Origin: Phoronis australis | Taxonomy: Eukaryota > Animalia > Phoronida | NCBI GenBank assembly: GCA_002633005.1 | Contig: NMRA01000352.1 | Span: forward strand, 62,001 to 126,000 | Length of the DNA: 64,000 nt | Direction of reading: 5' to 3' | Shown here: piece by piece, positions 40,201 to 52,200 of the stretch | Layout of the letters: each line of letters begins with the position of its first letter | Position numbering within the stretch: position 1 is the first letter of the stretch | Made by a program: the position numbers and the translations under genes | Notes under the pieces: model-generated | Told to the model about the DNA's origin: nothing | What the model saw: only the letters and a program-made list of their open reading frames with translations | Databases searched by the model: none

Positions 40201-43200
40201 CTAAGAGCCACCCATAAATCAATCATACAAAAATAATTACGAAACACTGGCAGTAAATATGGCAAAGTAAACAAACAAACTCATGTCCTTGAGTAGAACC
40301 AATAGTAATTAATTATGAGACACAAAATGATAGTTAATTATATTACGGTGATCTGATAGTTCTTAATTCCATGGATTTACAGACATGGTGAGTTGGCTAC
40401 ACTGCAGTCAAGACCATGCTTATTAAAGCAGTGGTTTTTATTAGTTATTACATTAAATAGAGATGAATCTTATCAAAGACACAAACTGGAAGACTGTGAG
40501 GTTTCGTAAAACATTATGTAAGGATTATGTGGATCTCAATATAGCATGGAAAACATATTGCAAATATTTTTTAATTTAGTCTGGTCAGCACACCATCTGT
40601 TGGCAACAAAATGTTTGCAATTGTGTAGAGTTTTCAAAAAGTTTTTAGGAGCAAAGTTGGTCTATAATAAATTCCTTTGCTTGGTGTAATGATGATAAAT
40701 ACTTGAATGGGGAACTAAAAATAGCTTGGTATCGTATTATTAATGTATTTATAAATGAATTTGATAGGGGTAGACATATATAAATCCTTAATATTACAGT
40801 CATTCGTCAGTTGTTTTGCACAAAAATTATTGCTAGAATGATATTTTTTTTATTTTTCACTGGGTGGCAGCAATTTAGCTTAACATGTTCTTTCATAACA
40901 AGCGCAGTACTAAATATTGGTTAATGACACCACCAATGCAGATATATTAGTTGCAGTATGTCACAGTCTTGAACTATCTTCAGGGTTACAAAATAAGTCC
41001 TAAGAAAAAACACAACTACCTGAGATTACACGGAAAAGCACGAGTCCGACATCTCTCAATTTCTGGAGACTATCCAAATCTAAAGAATTTTTAGAGTAGA
41101 TTATGTGGTAAGTAGCTATAAATTATTATAACCCAACCTACTTCTGCTGGTTGTGTATCTGAAAAAATCAGGTTTGTATTACAGTGACTAAATTTTTAGT
41201 TAGGCATGGGCATACAATAAATTTCTGTTTGTCCAATATTGGTACTTTAGTCATAGTAGATGTGCCCATGTCTGGATTATGTTGAGGTCCTAATGAAAGG
41301 TGTCATTTGAAACCAAAGCTTGATTATGGTGAACCCTAGTTACAACAACTGTATATTCATAGTTGACAAACAGAGACTGTAACATGTTGAAACCAGGGCC
41401 CGGTCTCCAATCTCCGTACTCAGACTCATACTCATACTCGAGATTTCATACTCAAAATCGTGCTCACTGGAGTCGTACTCAAAAAAGCGTATCTAATGTC
41501 GTATTTCGAGTAGACTCCAAACGTACTCAAATCTGACACTCATACTCGAGTTGCTATGGAACTCTTTATGATGTGAAATNTATTAGTTGCAATATGTCAC
41601 AGTCCAACATTTCGGTTCAGTCTTGAACTATCTTCAGGGTTACAAAATAAGTCCAAAGAAAAAACACTACTACCTGAGATTACACGGAAAAGCACGAGTC
41701 CAACGTCTCTCAATTTTTGGAGACTATCCAAATCTAAAGAATTTTTAGAGTAGATTATGTGCTAAGTAGTTATAAGTTATTATAATCCAACCTACTTCTG
41801 CTGGTTGTGTATCTGAAAAAATCAGGTTTGTATTATAGTGAACTAATTTTTAGTTAGGCATGGGCATACAATAAATTTTTGTTTGTCCAAAATTGGTACT
41901 TAAGTCATAGTAGATATGCCCATGTCTGGATATCGAGGTCCCAATGAAAGGTGTCATTTGAAACCAAAGCTTGATTATGGTGAACCCCAGTTACAACAAC
42001 TGTATATTCAAAGTTGACAAACAGAGACTGTAACATGTTGAAACCAGGAGTCGTGTACACCTTATGATAGAAACTAAAATGTATTATTAAGCAGTTTGGC
42101 TGTGTAATTCTCACTTGAAGTGAAATCATCAGTGAGAAAAGGGATTTTCTGAGGTCATCCTCAGCACGGAATCGAACATGCAACCCCCGCGTTGTCAACC
42201 AGATGGTTTGCTCATGGATCTAAATCACACTCAATAAATGCCGGACCATTTTAAAAAGCGTATGCAGATAAAGCCACCGGCATTGGTTTCAGTGAATGCA
42301 TAGCAGACAACGGCAAGAATTGGTAATTTGTTAATAACGTAAAAACACTATTTATTGTCAATGCCTAATAGCTTCAAGAAGTCGTTGCCATCCATAAATG
42401 ATCCCAAAAGTGTGTTGATAAATCAACAATAACCCTATAAGTTTCTTCCAAGTTACTGTTACACTGTTAGAGAACACTATGATTGATGATAAAGCATTAG
42501 AAAACCGAAGTACCTAGACACACTTACTTTATCAGTATGTATTGTACACATGCTGTTGCATTTTGGTTAGACAACTCTCACTTTTATAGTTGTTATGAAA
42601 TACCTTAGTTTCTTAAGAATTAAAAAAAATGCGGAATACTGAGAATTCTCATATTTATAAATTTTGTGCTGTCATTGAAATTTGTAACAACTTAAAAATT
42701 AAATAATTATTCTCTGCTCCCTCGGTTTGCTGTAGACAAGTTGTTATTTCAGTTCTAATGAAGATTTCTCGTTGTAATAGGTATATTAAAAATAAAATCA
42801 CTTGGATCATACCTGGTCATAGATCATTCTGCTGTAGCTGGCATCTGATGTTATGAACTAACTAGGCAAATGGTTGACATCGTGAGTTGTACTATAACTC
42901 CGCTGAACAGTGTATCTATACAGGGTTAAAACTCCTGCCTCTCTCAGCTTCATGACAAATTACTCCATCAGTGGATAATTTAGAAAACCATTGAGGTGTA
43001 AACCTGTTTGTAAGATGACCCTTATCAGCAACTGTGATTGTAACCCTGGGCTACAGTGACTTGCACAAACCAGGCGAGGCTATTGAATAAACTCTATAAA
43101 AGAAAATGTCTCGTGAAAAATTGATTAGCTGCTATTTCTTGGGTGGGTGATATTACCGTGGGCATTTTTTATATGCTTGGTAGTTTATGTACACAAATAA

Positions 43201-46200
43201 AGTGTTGATAGCTGGAGACCATGTTTCTTTAGCTTGAGCAAATTGGTTTTTTTAGGTAACGGTCCAGTCTCATTATGTTTACTTTTGGGTGAGCAATTTA
43301 ATGGAAATTTCCAGAATTTTTAGACATTTCACAACACACCAATGCGTAATCTGACTTATAAAATTAAATAACATTTTTTTGGAAAAGTCAAATAATCTTG
43401 ATTTGTGCATTTCTGAAACCAGAAGAGGATTTTGCATTTATGTACTGTGTTAGCCTCGTAGTTAAGTCTTTAGGCAATTTGTTTACAGGTAGTTGTAAAA
43501 ATGTTGTGGGTATTTCCTGGGAATTGGACTAATGTTTTGTTAAGTTCTAATAATCCATCGATAAACGATTTCTGATAAAGTGCCCTAGTCGGACTTGGAA
43601 AGAGCTTTCCAATAAATTGGTTGTATTTACATTCTGTGCTGGTATTTTTATATACCCATGAAAAGAACATCATGAAGACACTCCAATTAGTTAGTTTACG
43701 GCAAGTCTACGCGCTGGACTTGCCTCTTGAACCAGCAGCGACATGTGTTCAGTGTAAGTAGGCTTACTTGGTTGGACACCGTGGCGCAATGATTTTGCTG
43801 GGCAGTGTGCACCTCCCTTGGTGACTGAACACATAAACTAAAGGATTCCTAATGCATTGACAGTGAAATTATCCACAGCTCGTATTTTTAGGAATGAGAA
43901 CGGCCAAAAGTCAGTGGCAGGCAATAAAAAGTAAGATTTTGGTATTCGTAGTCACAGGAAAGAACCGGATGATGAATTAATATGATGTAAACTCACTGTT
44001 CTGGGAATGCTCGATGTGGACTATTTGACTTTTAGTAAATGGGGTGTTTTGTCTTATCTGGTAATTCACTTAAATCTTATTTTTCTTAAAGGTCCAAAAA
44101 TTATGGATTACAAGTTACCTTTAGTATAACACATTGCATGACATATGTACTAAGATATTGAATGAGAAATAATCTACTTAGTTCAAGCATCACTGCTTGA
44201 AGAAATGAGTATAGACTTGAACAATTCCTCATTGATTCTGAACTATTTTTTAAGATCAACATGTTGTCCTCCTGTTTTGATCTACCGTTATTATTTTTCT
44301 TTTCTTCTAAAATGCTGGACATTATAGCAGGTACAGGAAAAGAATACTACATCCTAAGCAATCTCTTGGATACACCTGAGGGTACTAACAACATGAATAA
44401 AAACAGCAATAACACCCCGACCAGTCACAATCAGTCAACGGGTTGGCTTACCTCTAAAGCCATGGATACCTTCTAAGAAACAGCCCCTCAGCACCTGATG
44501 TCACCCTTCTCCTAAATACAATTTGTAATCAGGTGCCAAGTATCCATGCCATAAACAGGTGATAAGCAACTCTAGTCTATTTTGTGGAAAATATTCCACA
44601 GTCGGTATTTCCCTTAATTAATTCCGTGCAGGAAAACACAAAGCAGTTGATGAATACTGAGGTACTGTAAGCCAAGAGTCACCACAGACCTCTGGGCATG
44701 TGTCCAGTTGATCTTCATAGACAATAGTTTGCACAGATTATGTAACATTGAATTACTTCTGACACTTACCATCTTTTTTCTTGTTCAACCTACTGTAAAG
44801 AAGGGTTTGTTGTTGGCTTGGGATTCGCTTATCAGATATCCAGCCTCAGGAACAGGGTATTACTAAGCCACTACAAATAGCAACCATCATCTTGTCAAAT
44901 CTTGTGTTGGCAAACAATCAACATTCATATTTGTTTAGTCTTGCTGAATAAAGTTCCTTTATTGGTTGAGTAAACTTTGCAGTTTGATGGCTATGTAAGT
45001 GCAAAAACTTTGTGTTTTTTTAAGTTGGTCTTGCCATGTCTAGCTATTGGGTGTGTTGGTCTGGTCATGTCTAGCTATTGGGTGTGTTATGTTGGGCAGA
45101 AAAATTGTACAGCATTTGAAAATATACAGTTCTTAAGTCAATAATACCTCTTCATACCAGAGGCAGATATGTTATTTAGCATTCTTTTTTTCTGTAAAAC
45201 GTGGGTGCATTTTGCTATTGTCTCTGTTCGACCATCGGCCTTTCAGATCTATATCTACCATGTTCTTTCATTCATAGATTTCCACGTGGCATGTATATTC
45301 TTATCATGGAGAGGATAGCAACTACTGATTTTCAGACAGATGTGAAGTGGTGCACCCTCCGGTGGTGATTAGAATAGTTTGGTTCTGTTTTTGCTATCCA
45401 CCATTCGGTCTACTAAACCTCTTGAAAAAGCATTGGAAAATTTGGTGCATGGGTTGTTATAGAAGAGAGCATAGCTGACATTGACTTTGGTGGAACTGAT
45501 CTGATTACCGTTGTGCCTACTAAGTGACAGTTTTGGATTTTCTTTGTGTCTACTCAATATCTTATCAAAGTCTTCTTGGTAAATCTTTATGAAAGTTGGC
45601 AGTTGTAGTGTTGCCAATTAGACGATGATGCCTACCTATTTTTAGACTACTTTGTTTACTGTTGTGACCCCTTTAAGGCCAATTTTATTTGTTTGATGTT
45701 GGTTTTTATTGTATGCCTCCATCTTTTAAGTACCTAGTTGATGAATTTTGAAGAAATTTGGCAGACATGTTTTGAAGGGAGAATCACGTTTTCATTTTTT
45801 ATGCGCCAACAGTCCGTGTTGCTCTTGCAGATGAATATTATAGATGCTGGTCAATGTTTAGCACCTGCTGTTACCTACTGAACAAGTTGAGGTGTAATAA
45901 AATTAGGCACTTGATGTTAAGGCTAGCATATTTGACAGATGTGACTACTCAATGCTGTTATGCCTCCTACTGGCAGTTTCAGGAACCAAGCCTAGAACTT
46001 CAGAAGTTTAAATTGTCATTGTGTAAAGCTGTTGTGTGTAACTCTTCCAATAATGTCACTGGCTTTGGTAACTAAGTACCAGATTTGCTCAATATGTTTA
46101 ATTTGACATGTCATGCTAAAGATAATACTCCTAAGAAGAAAAACATGCTATCTTGTAATTTTGTGTGTAGCATTATCTTACCTGTATTTTAAAGAGGCTT

Positions 46201-49200
46201 GGCAGAATAGCTCGATTTACTCAGCGATATTACACTAAGTGTTGTGTTTCGGTTACTCTTTCAGGACATGACATAACTTGAATTGTAGAAGAGGTGATGG
46301 GGAACCCGTGGTATTAAAATGGCTGTTGTTGTCATGTTGTTTGCTTACTTTTTTAGGATAGGGCGTATGAAGACAGTCCCCAAAGTGTGAGTGAGGACTC
46401 AGAGGATGATGAGCGATTGGACTTGGACCTGTCTGCTGATAATAAAGACACTTTTGTTCTAGAGGTATTGCATTGGCCCACACTGCTGTTGTTAGGTCGA
46501 CTTGTTATAACGTGCAAAGACATATTAAAATGGAAAATTAAACTGCTAAAATATTTTTATAATAATGTGGATCATAGTGTCCAAAATTTTTTAGTGCATC
46601 TTACGGCACGTTGCTACAGATTTTTATAGAAGACAGCTAGAAAATCCTTGGATGCCACATGCGCCACACTGCAGTGACTGAGTAACTAATGCATTGGCCG
46701 TGGACACAATTGTCACCGTATTGCAGGTCGTGTATTTTGATAAATTCGCTGTTTGAACATAGCTCGATTTGCAACAAATTAACAAATAAGATAAGTTACC
46801 GTTCTGCGTTTTTTGTTGAAAAATCGTGTGCAGTAGAATATCCGAACGAGATGACACATACACTTTCATTGGTGCTTAAGACAGGACCTGTTCATTATGC
46901 AGTGTTGATATCATGGAAGAGTGTTTGTTCATTCGGGTGTTTTTATTATGGAAAAAGACTCTTTCTGAACTTTTCTAAGTGTTCCGTTCAATCGTTAACA
47001 TTGGGCCAAGTCGTAGGGTATAAATTCTGCCATCTGTGAATTCAGACCGAGGCTATGTTATGAAAAACAAATAGACTCTGGATGTTGAATGCAATATTCT
47101 GAAATGTGCATTTAGAAAAATTATTTGTCAACATTTCATTTCATAAATTCTGACTTTAAAACATCCAATTTTTGTCTGTCAGTATTTATGTAGTGTTGTG
47201 ATGAACAGCAATTAATTCTAACAAGTCAAAATGCTGGCCATTGTAACCATGGCTACCTAATTTCGTATGGAGCCTGAAGGTAGCTGCCAAGAGAAATAAC
47301 AAAAAATACCGTTTTTCTTTGCACAGATGTGTGTCACGTGAAAACAGGCAATGGCAAAACGCTACACATATGCTCCTTAGGAGTACTTTAAAGCTTCTTA
47401 CAATTTGATAAAAAGTAATGGCCATTTTTTTGATTTTTCAAACGCTCACTGTATTGCCAAAATATTCAAAATTTTGTCTTGTGTTTGTTGATGACACCCA
47501 TTCAAATAATTACGCAAAATTGTCTTCTTTACTCTTGTTGTAAATATTATTAAAATAAAATTTAACTGTTTCTCCATATTGTGCTTTAATTTAGAGAAAC
47601 TTGACCATAATTAGCTCTTGTGTTGGGTTACTTCCATAACTTGTCAAATGCGATGAACACTTTAATATCTTTTTCTTTGACCTCCAGATTGATGATTCTG
47701 AGGACGAGGCTGGTGTCACAGTACTGTTGGAAGATGGTGCTCCCCCTGGCTTCTATGCCTGCACCACTGATGACATGCCTGGTGTTCCTAATTTGGTCAT
47801 AGACTTTCAGGTACAGAATGAATGTTATGGTACAACTAACAACAGCCACAAGTTGACCTTTAGTGTCTCTAGTGCAGCATATTGATGTGGTTATGGTTAT
47901 GTAAGACCTTTTTGTCAAGTCGTTCAGCAAAATATCTAGAAACATGTAGATTTTAACTCTGTTAAGTTAACATGTATATTTTCTCGAAGGAGAAAGGCTG
48001 TAGGATTTGATTTTTTACTTTTTACCAATCTGTTATTTATTGGGTCAAGTGACTCTTTTTTATAAAATTTAGCAAAAAGAAAGGTACTTTGATAGCAAAG
48101 CAATGGTATCAATGACACGATCAAATTTTATTTGATATCGATGTTTGAAGTGAGATATCAAAATCTCTGTTTCAGTGTTCTATAATATCATTTCTTTTTT
48201 GTTTTGTTAGCATTTTTGAGAACAGTACAAAAAGCATTGTATCTGAAAGTTTCATATGAATCCAATCAGCTGGATATTCCGAAGTCTGCCAAACTTGGCC
48301 ATTTTATAGGGGCCTACTTAATCTTTTAGCTAACCAGATGCAATGCCTTTTCAGATGCTAACCAGCGTGTGGCAAGGGGAAATTAATTTGAAGACTAGTC
48401 AAGAAGTGTCCACAATATTTAACAATATTTTTAAGGTAAGTTGTTCTAATTTATAAAATTACTTCATATTTATGCGTCCAAGTGGGAAAATTTTGCTACA
48501 TCTTCTCTGTAGGGGGCGTAGTGTCTGGTTGGGTGATTATTTTACCAATAAACGTGACTTAAATTGTTATCTACTGCCATTGTGGTTTGACTACCACCAT
48601 TTTTTTGAACTGTGCTCTCTTGGGCACTTATTTAGGTCGAAGTGAGGTCAACCTTGTCTAAAATTTAATTGTTAAGAATGCACCAATTCATAACTCACTA
48701 TCATGACCTCTTCTAAACTCTGCTAAACTGGTGAGTTTGTCCATTGTTGATGGTCTTCCAGGTTCCAGCTGTTACATCTATTAGACAAGATTAGTGCAAT
48801 ATGAATTGTCCCTGGAATTTGTGTAATGTCCCAAGCATAGGAGATGCATCTTAGTTTTAATACTGTTTCTCAATACAGGGTTTGTTCTTCCATGCACGTT
48901 CTCTTGTGCCATGCTGTCTGTGCAAGATGTCATATAAAGTTGACTTGCTGGAGAAGGAAAGAATTAGGGTACGTGTCACACTGGCCGCTATATTAGATAG
49001 ACAGGCATGTTTTGCCAATGGAAGATAGCGGCGCCATTTAATATTACTATTGCTCTCATGCTCAGAATGAGATAGTGAGGCTGAAATCATGAATATTGAA
49101 TGTGGAGTACTAATTAAATTAAATAATTACATTTTTTACAATTTATTGAGTATTGTTCTACAAAATTGTTATTTTTTTGTAGAATGAGCCTGTCGTTTAA

Positions 49201-52200
49201 GTGGAACTTGCACGCTAATTCCTTATCTCTATGATTGCTTGGTCAAATTATTTAGAAACGCAACATATAACGATGATGTGAATAAAAATGAAATAGATTG
49301 AAAATTGCCAAATGTTTTTAAGAACGAGCTTTCTGTCAAAAGTGATCCACTGTAAATCACTCTACCGTGTCCAATAAGTATTGTGATGAGGTGTTGGTGA
49401 ATAGCACTGCATGATGCGGGCTATGTGAGCCTCCAAGGTACAATTCATTACTGCAAAGGTCACCTCTTTGCAGAATTTTTTGTTTTCACATTTACAAGTT
49501 GTCAATGAATACACCACATAATAACTGCACTTTTTGTTTAGCGTAGCCTTGTCTTTTAGTCCCTATTAGCATAGTTAGGAGTATGCAAATACATGTTTAA
49601 AATTATTTGGCATTTATTGCAATAGAGACTCCGCCCCTTTCGGGGCACCTTGTACAAGAACCACTGACATCTTCAATTGTCTTTATCTCTAGCACTGATC
49701 TAAGCTCTTTATGTTTGAAGGAGGGCAATTGATAGTTAAGGAAAAGTATCTATAATGAGTTGTAGTTGTTGAAATGATGAAGAGAATTTTGTATTGGATG
49801 GTTATTAATAATGCATGTCTTAGGGTTCATGGTGGTCAGCGTAATGTACTCTTTACTTTAATTTGCAGATCTCAACTTGTGCCATGGTGGCTGGTCTGGG
49901 AGAGCCGGCCAGACTGCTGCAGAGATATCAAGGTTAGATATTGCGCCTACTTGGGTTGATATTTTTGCAGTTTCAGGTGTCATCTCGAATTTTTTTTCCC
50001 CACAGATATCATCTTTGGTGGGCATAGTTTTTGTGGTGGTATCATCTTGGGTGTGTGTATTGAGGCTTCATGGTTCTGTGTCGGGTACCTATTGTTCGAT
50101 TGCCCATGTATGGTAATGGTCTGGTCTTGAATGTGCAGTTCTTTCTAAGCATTGAAAGCCAACTGATGGTTTTTATTTGTTTATTTCTTATAATTTCTCC
50201 AAGGTGATAGGGGTCAATACAGTTTAACCTAATATTTATGTGCAAAAGGTGAATACTACACTAATGTTGGAACTGTCTGAAATGGACCATTTTTAGCCTT
50301 TATGTGACAGCAATTCATTAACTCTACTTGATTCCATTATTTGACTTGAGTAATGATGCCAGAGATACGTACATGTAATATAATTTAGCCATTCAGACAC
50401 ACAGTGTTTGCATTGCTTGACCTACCCACAGCATCACACTCATCCTGTTTGAAAAACATTTTCATTTTTATGTTCATATAAATCCAAATTGACCAAAAAT
50501 ACCTTCAGAAGAGGTAACATTCCCCTTTAACACTCTCGTATTCAACCTTTCCAATGAGTTGCTGTCTTCTGTTTTTCTTCATTAACTTGAGGAGAGTGTT
50601 TCACAGTGAATTATAACTTCGTAAGGTATGACTAGAACTGTGCGACCACTAGTGGTAACTGAGCTCAAAGATCTCTATGGTAAATTTCCTGTCTTAATGC
50701 ACTGCAATACCATCACTTGTTTGTGGTACTCCTTCGAAGGTTATCGATAGCTTTGTTCTTTCCATTCTTGTCTTACACCCGACTCCCTTCCATTTGTACA
50801 AAACTGTCAGACTACTGTTGAGATGGCATTACAATCCTTATGCTTATTTGGTTGTTTCTTTGTTTTTCATGTCAGGAGGGGACCAGCCCAGTGAGGAGCT
50901 TTTGTTCCACATGGAAGATGAAAGTGAACCTGCTTTACAGGAAGGTAAGTACTGAGAACAGTTTAATAGGAAAAACAGCGCAATGCAGCAGACTTAATGC
51001 GTGAGGCTAGGTTCAAATCCCACGTTTATTGGAAAGATGTGAGCAGTTTTGAATGTCTTGTGCTCGAGATTGTATGTGTATGTATATGTATTGTGGTGCA
51101 TCAGGTCTGAGCAACTCTGTCTTTATTGTGGTCATATTCATGGCTAAATGCCATCACTAACTTAATCCTCATTCAGTTTTGCCAAGTGTTGCTCTCTAGA
51201 GTGCTTTCACGTTTTTTTTTCAGTTTCCAAGTCACAAAAGCTCAAGAAAAAGTTTCCTAAGTATCATGTGAGTTTGATGTCATCATACATGATTTGTTTT
51301 GAAAGCTGTCCGTCATGCAGATGTTATCTGTGTAATAATATCTAAAGAGTTTCTGAACAAGTTAAATATTAATGCTTATACTCTGTAAGGGCCCTGTCGC
51401 ACCAAACTCTGTCTCTCAGCATTCGAGCACGTCTTAAGTACTAGTCCACGAGAGCACCAGCCATGAGCGGCAAGGTGGGGGTCAGCCGATTTTCACCAAA
51501 TTTGGCACATAGGTAGTCCTATGGGATCTATAAACAGCGGTAAAATATTTCCTCAAAATATTGCGTTTTTCTAAAGTTATAGGCTCAAACACATTTTACG
51601 GCTTCGCAGCCATGTTTTCACGGTATAAAAACTGTCCAGTTTTAACTGTTCATATTTTTCCTTGAATGAAAGCTATTGATTTATTATTTACTGGGCATTG
51701 TTTAGTGGTGCCTGTAGATTGTTACACAGATGTCTTGAAACACGATTCCGATTTACCACCATCATTTAGTGATTTTACTACACTCCCCCCCGTTATGCCA
51801 TTTTGAGGTTGTGTTCAATACACTGCTGTACCAAATCTGCCCCCACTNTCCACATGGAAGATGAAAGTGAACCTGTTTTACAGGAAGGTAAGTACTGAGA
51901 ACAGTTTAATAGGAAAAACAGCGCAATGCAGCAGACTTAATGCGTGAGGCTAGGTTCAAATCCCACGTTTATTGGAAAGATGTGAGCATTTTTGAATGTC
52001 TTGTGCTCGAGATTGTATGTGTATGTATATGTATTGTGGTGCATCAGGTCTGAGCAACTCTTTATGCTCTGCTAACTGTCTTTATTGTGGTCATATTATA
52101 GCTAAATGCCATCACCAACTTATTTAATCCTCATTCAGTTTTGCCAAGTGTTGCTCTCTAGAGTGCTTTCACGTTTTTTTTTTCAGTTTCCAAGTCACAA

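Noticed and set aside
41020-41158. Candidate 60-nt and 17-nt extra exons of the ankyrin gene
   Set aside because: Phases do not fit the phase-0 neighbours, and the region is better explained as a Penelope-like remnant
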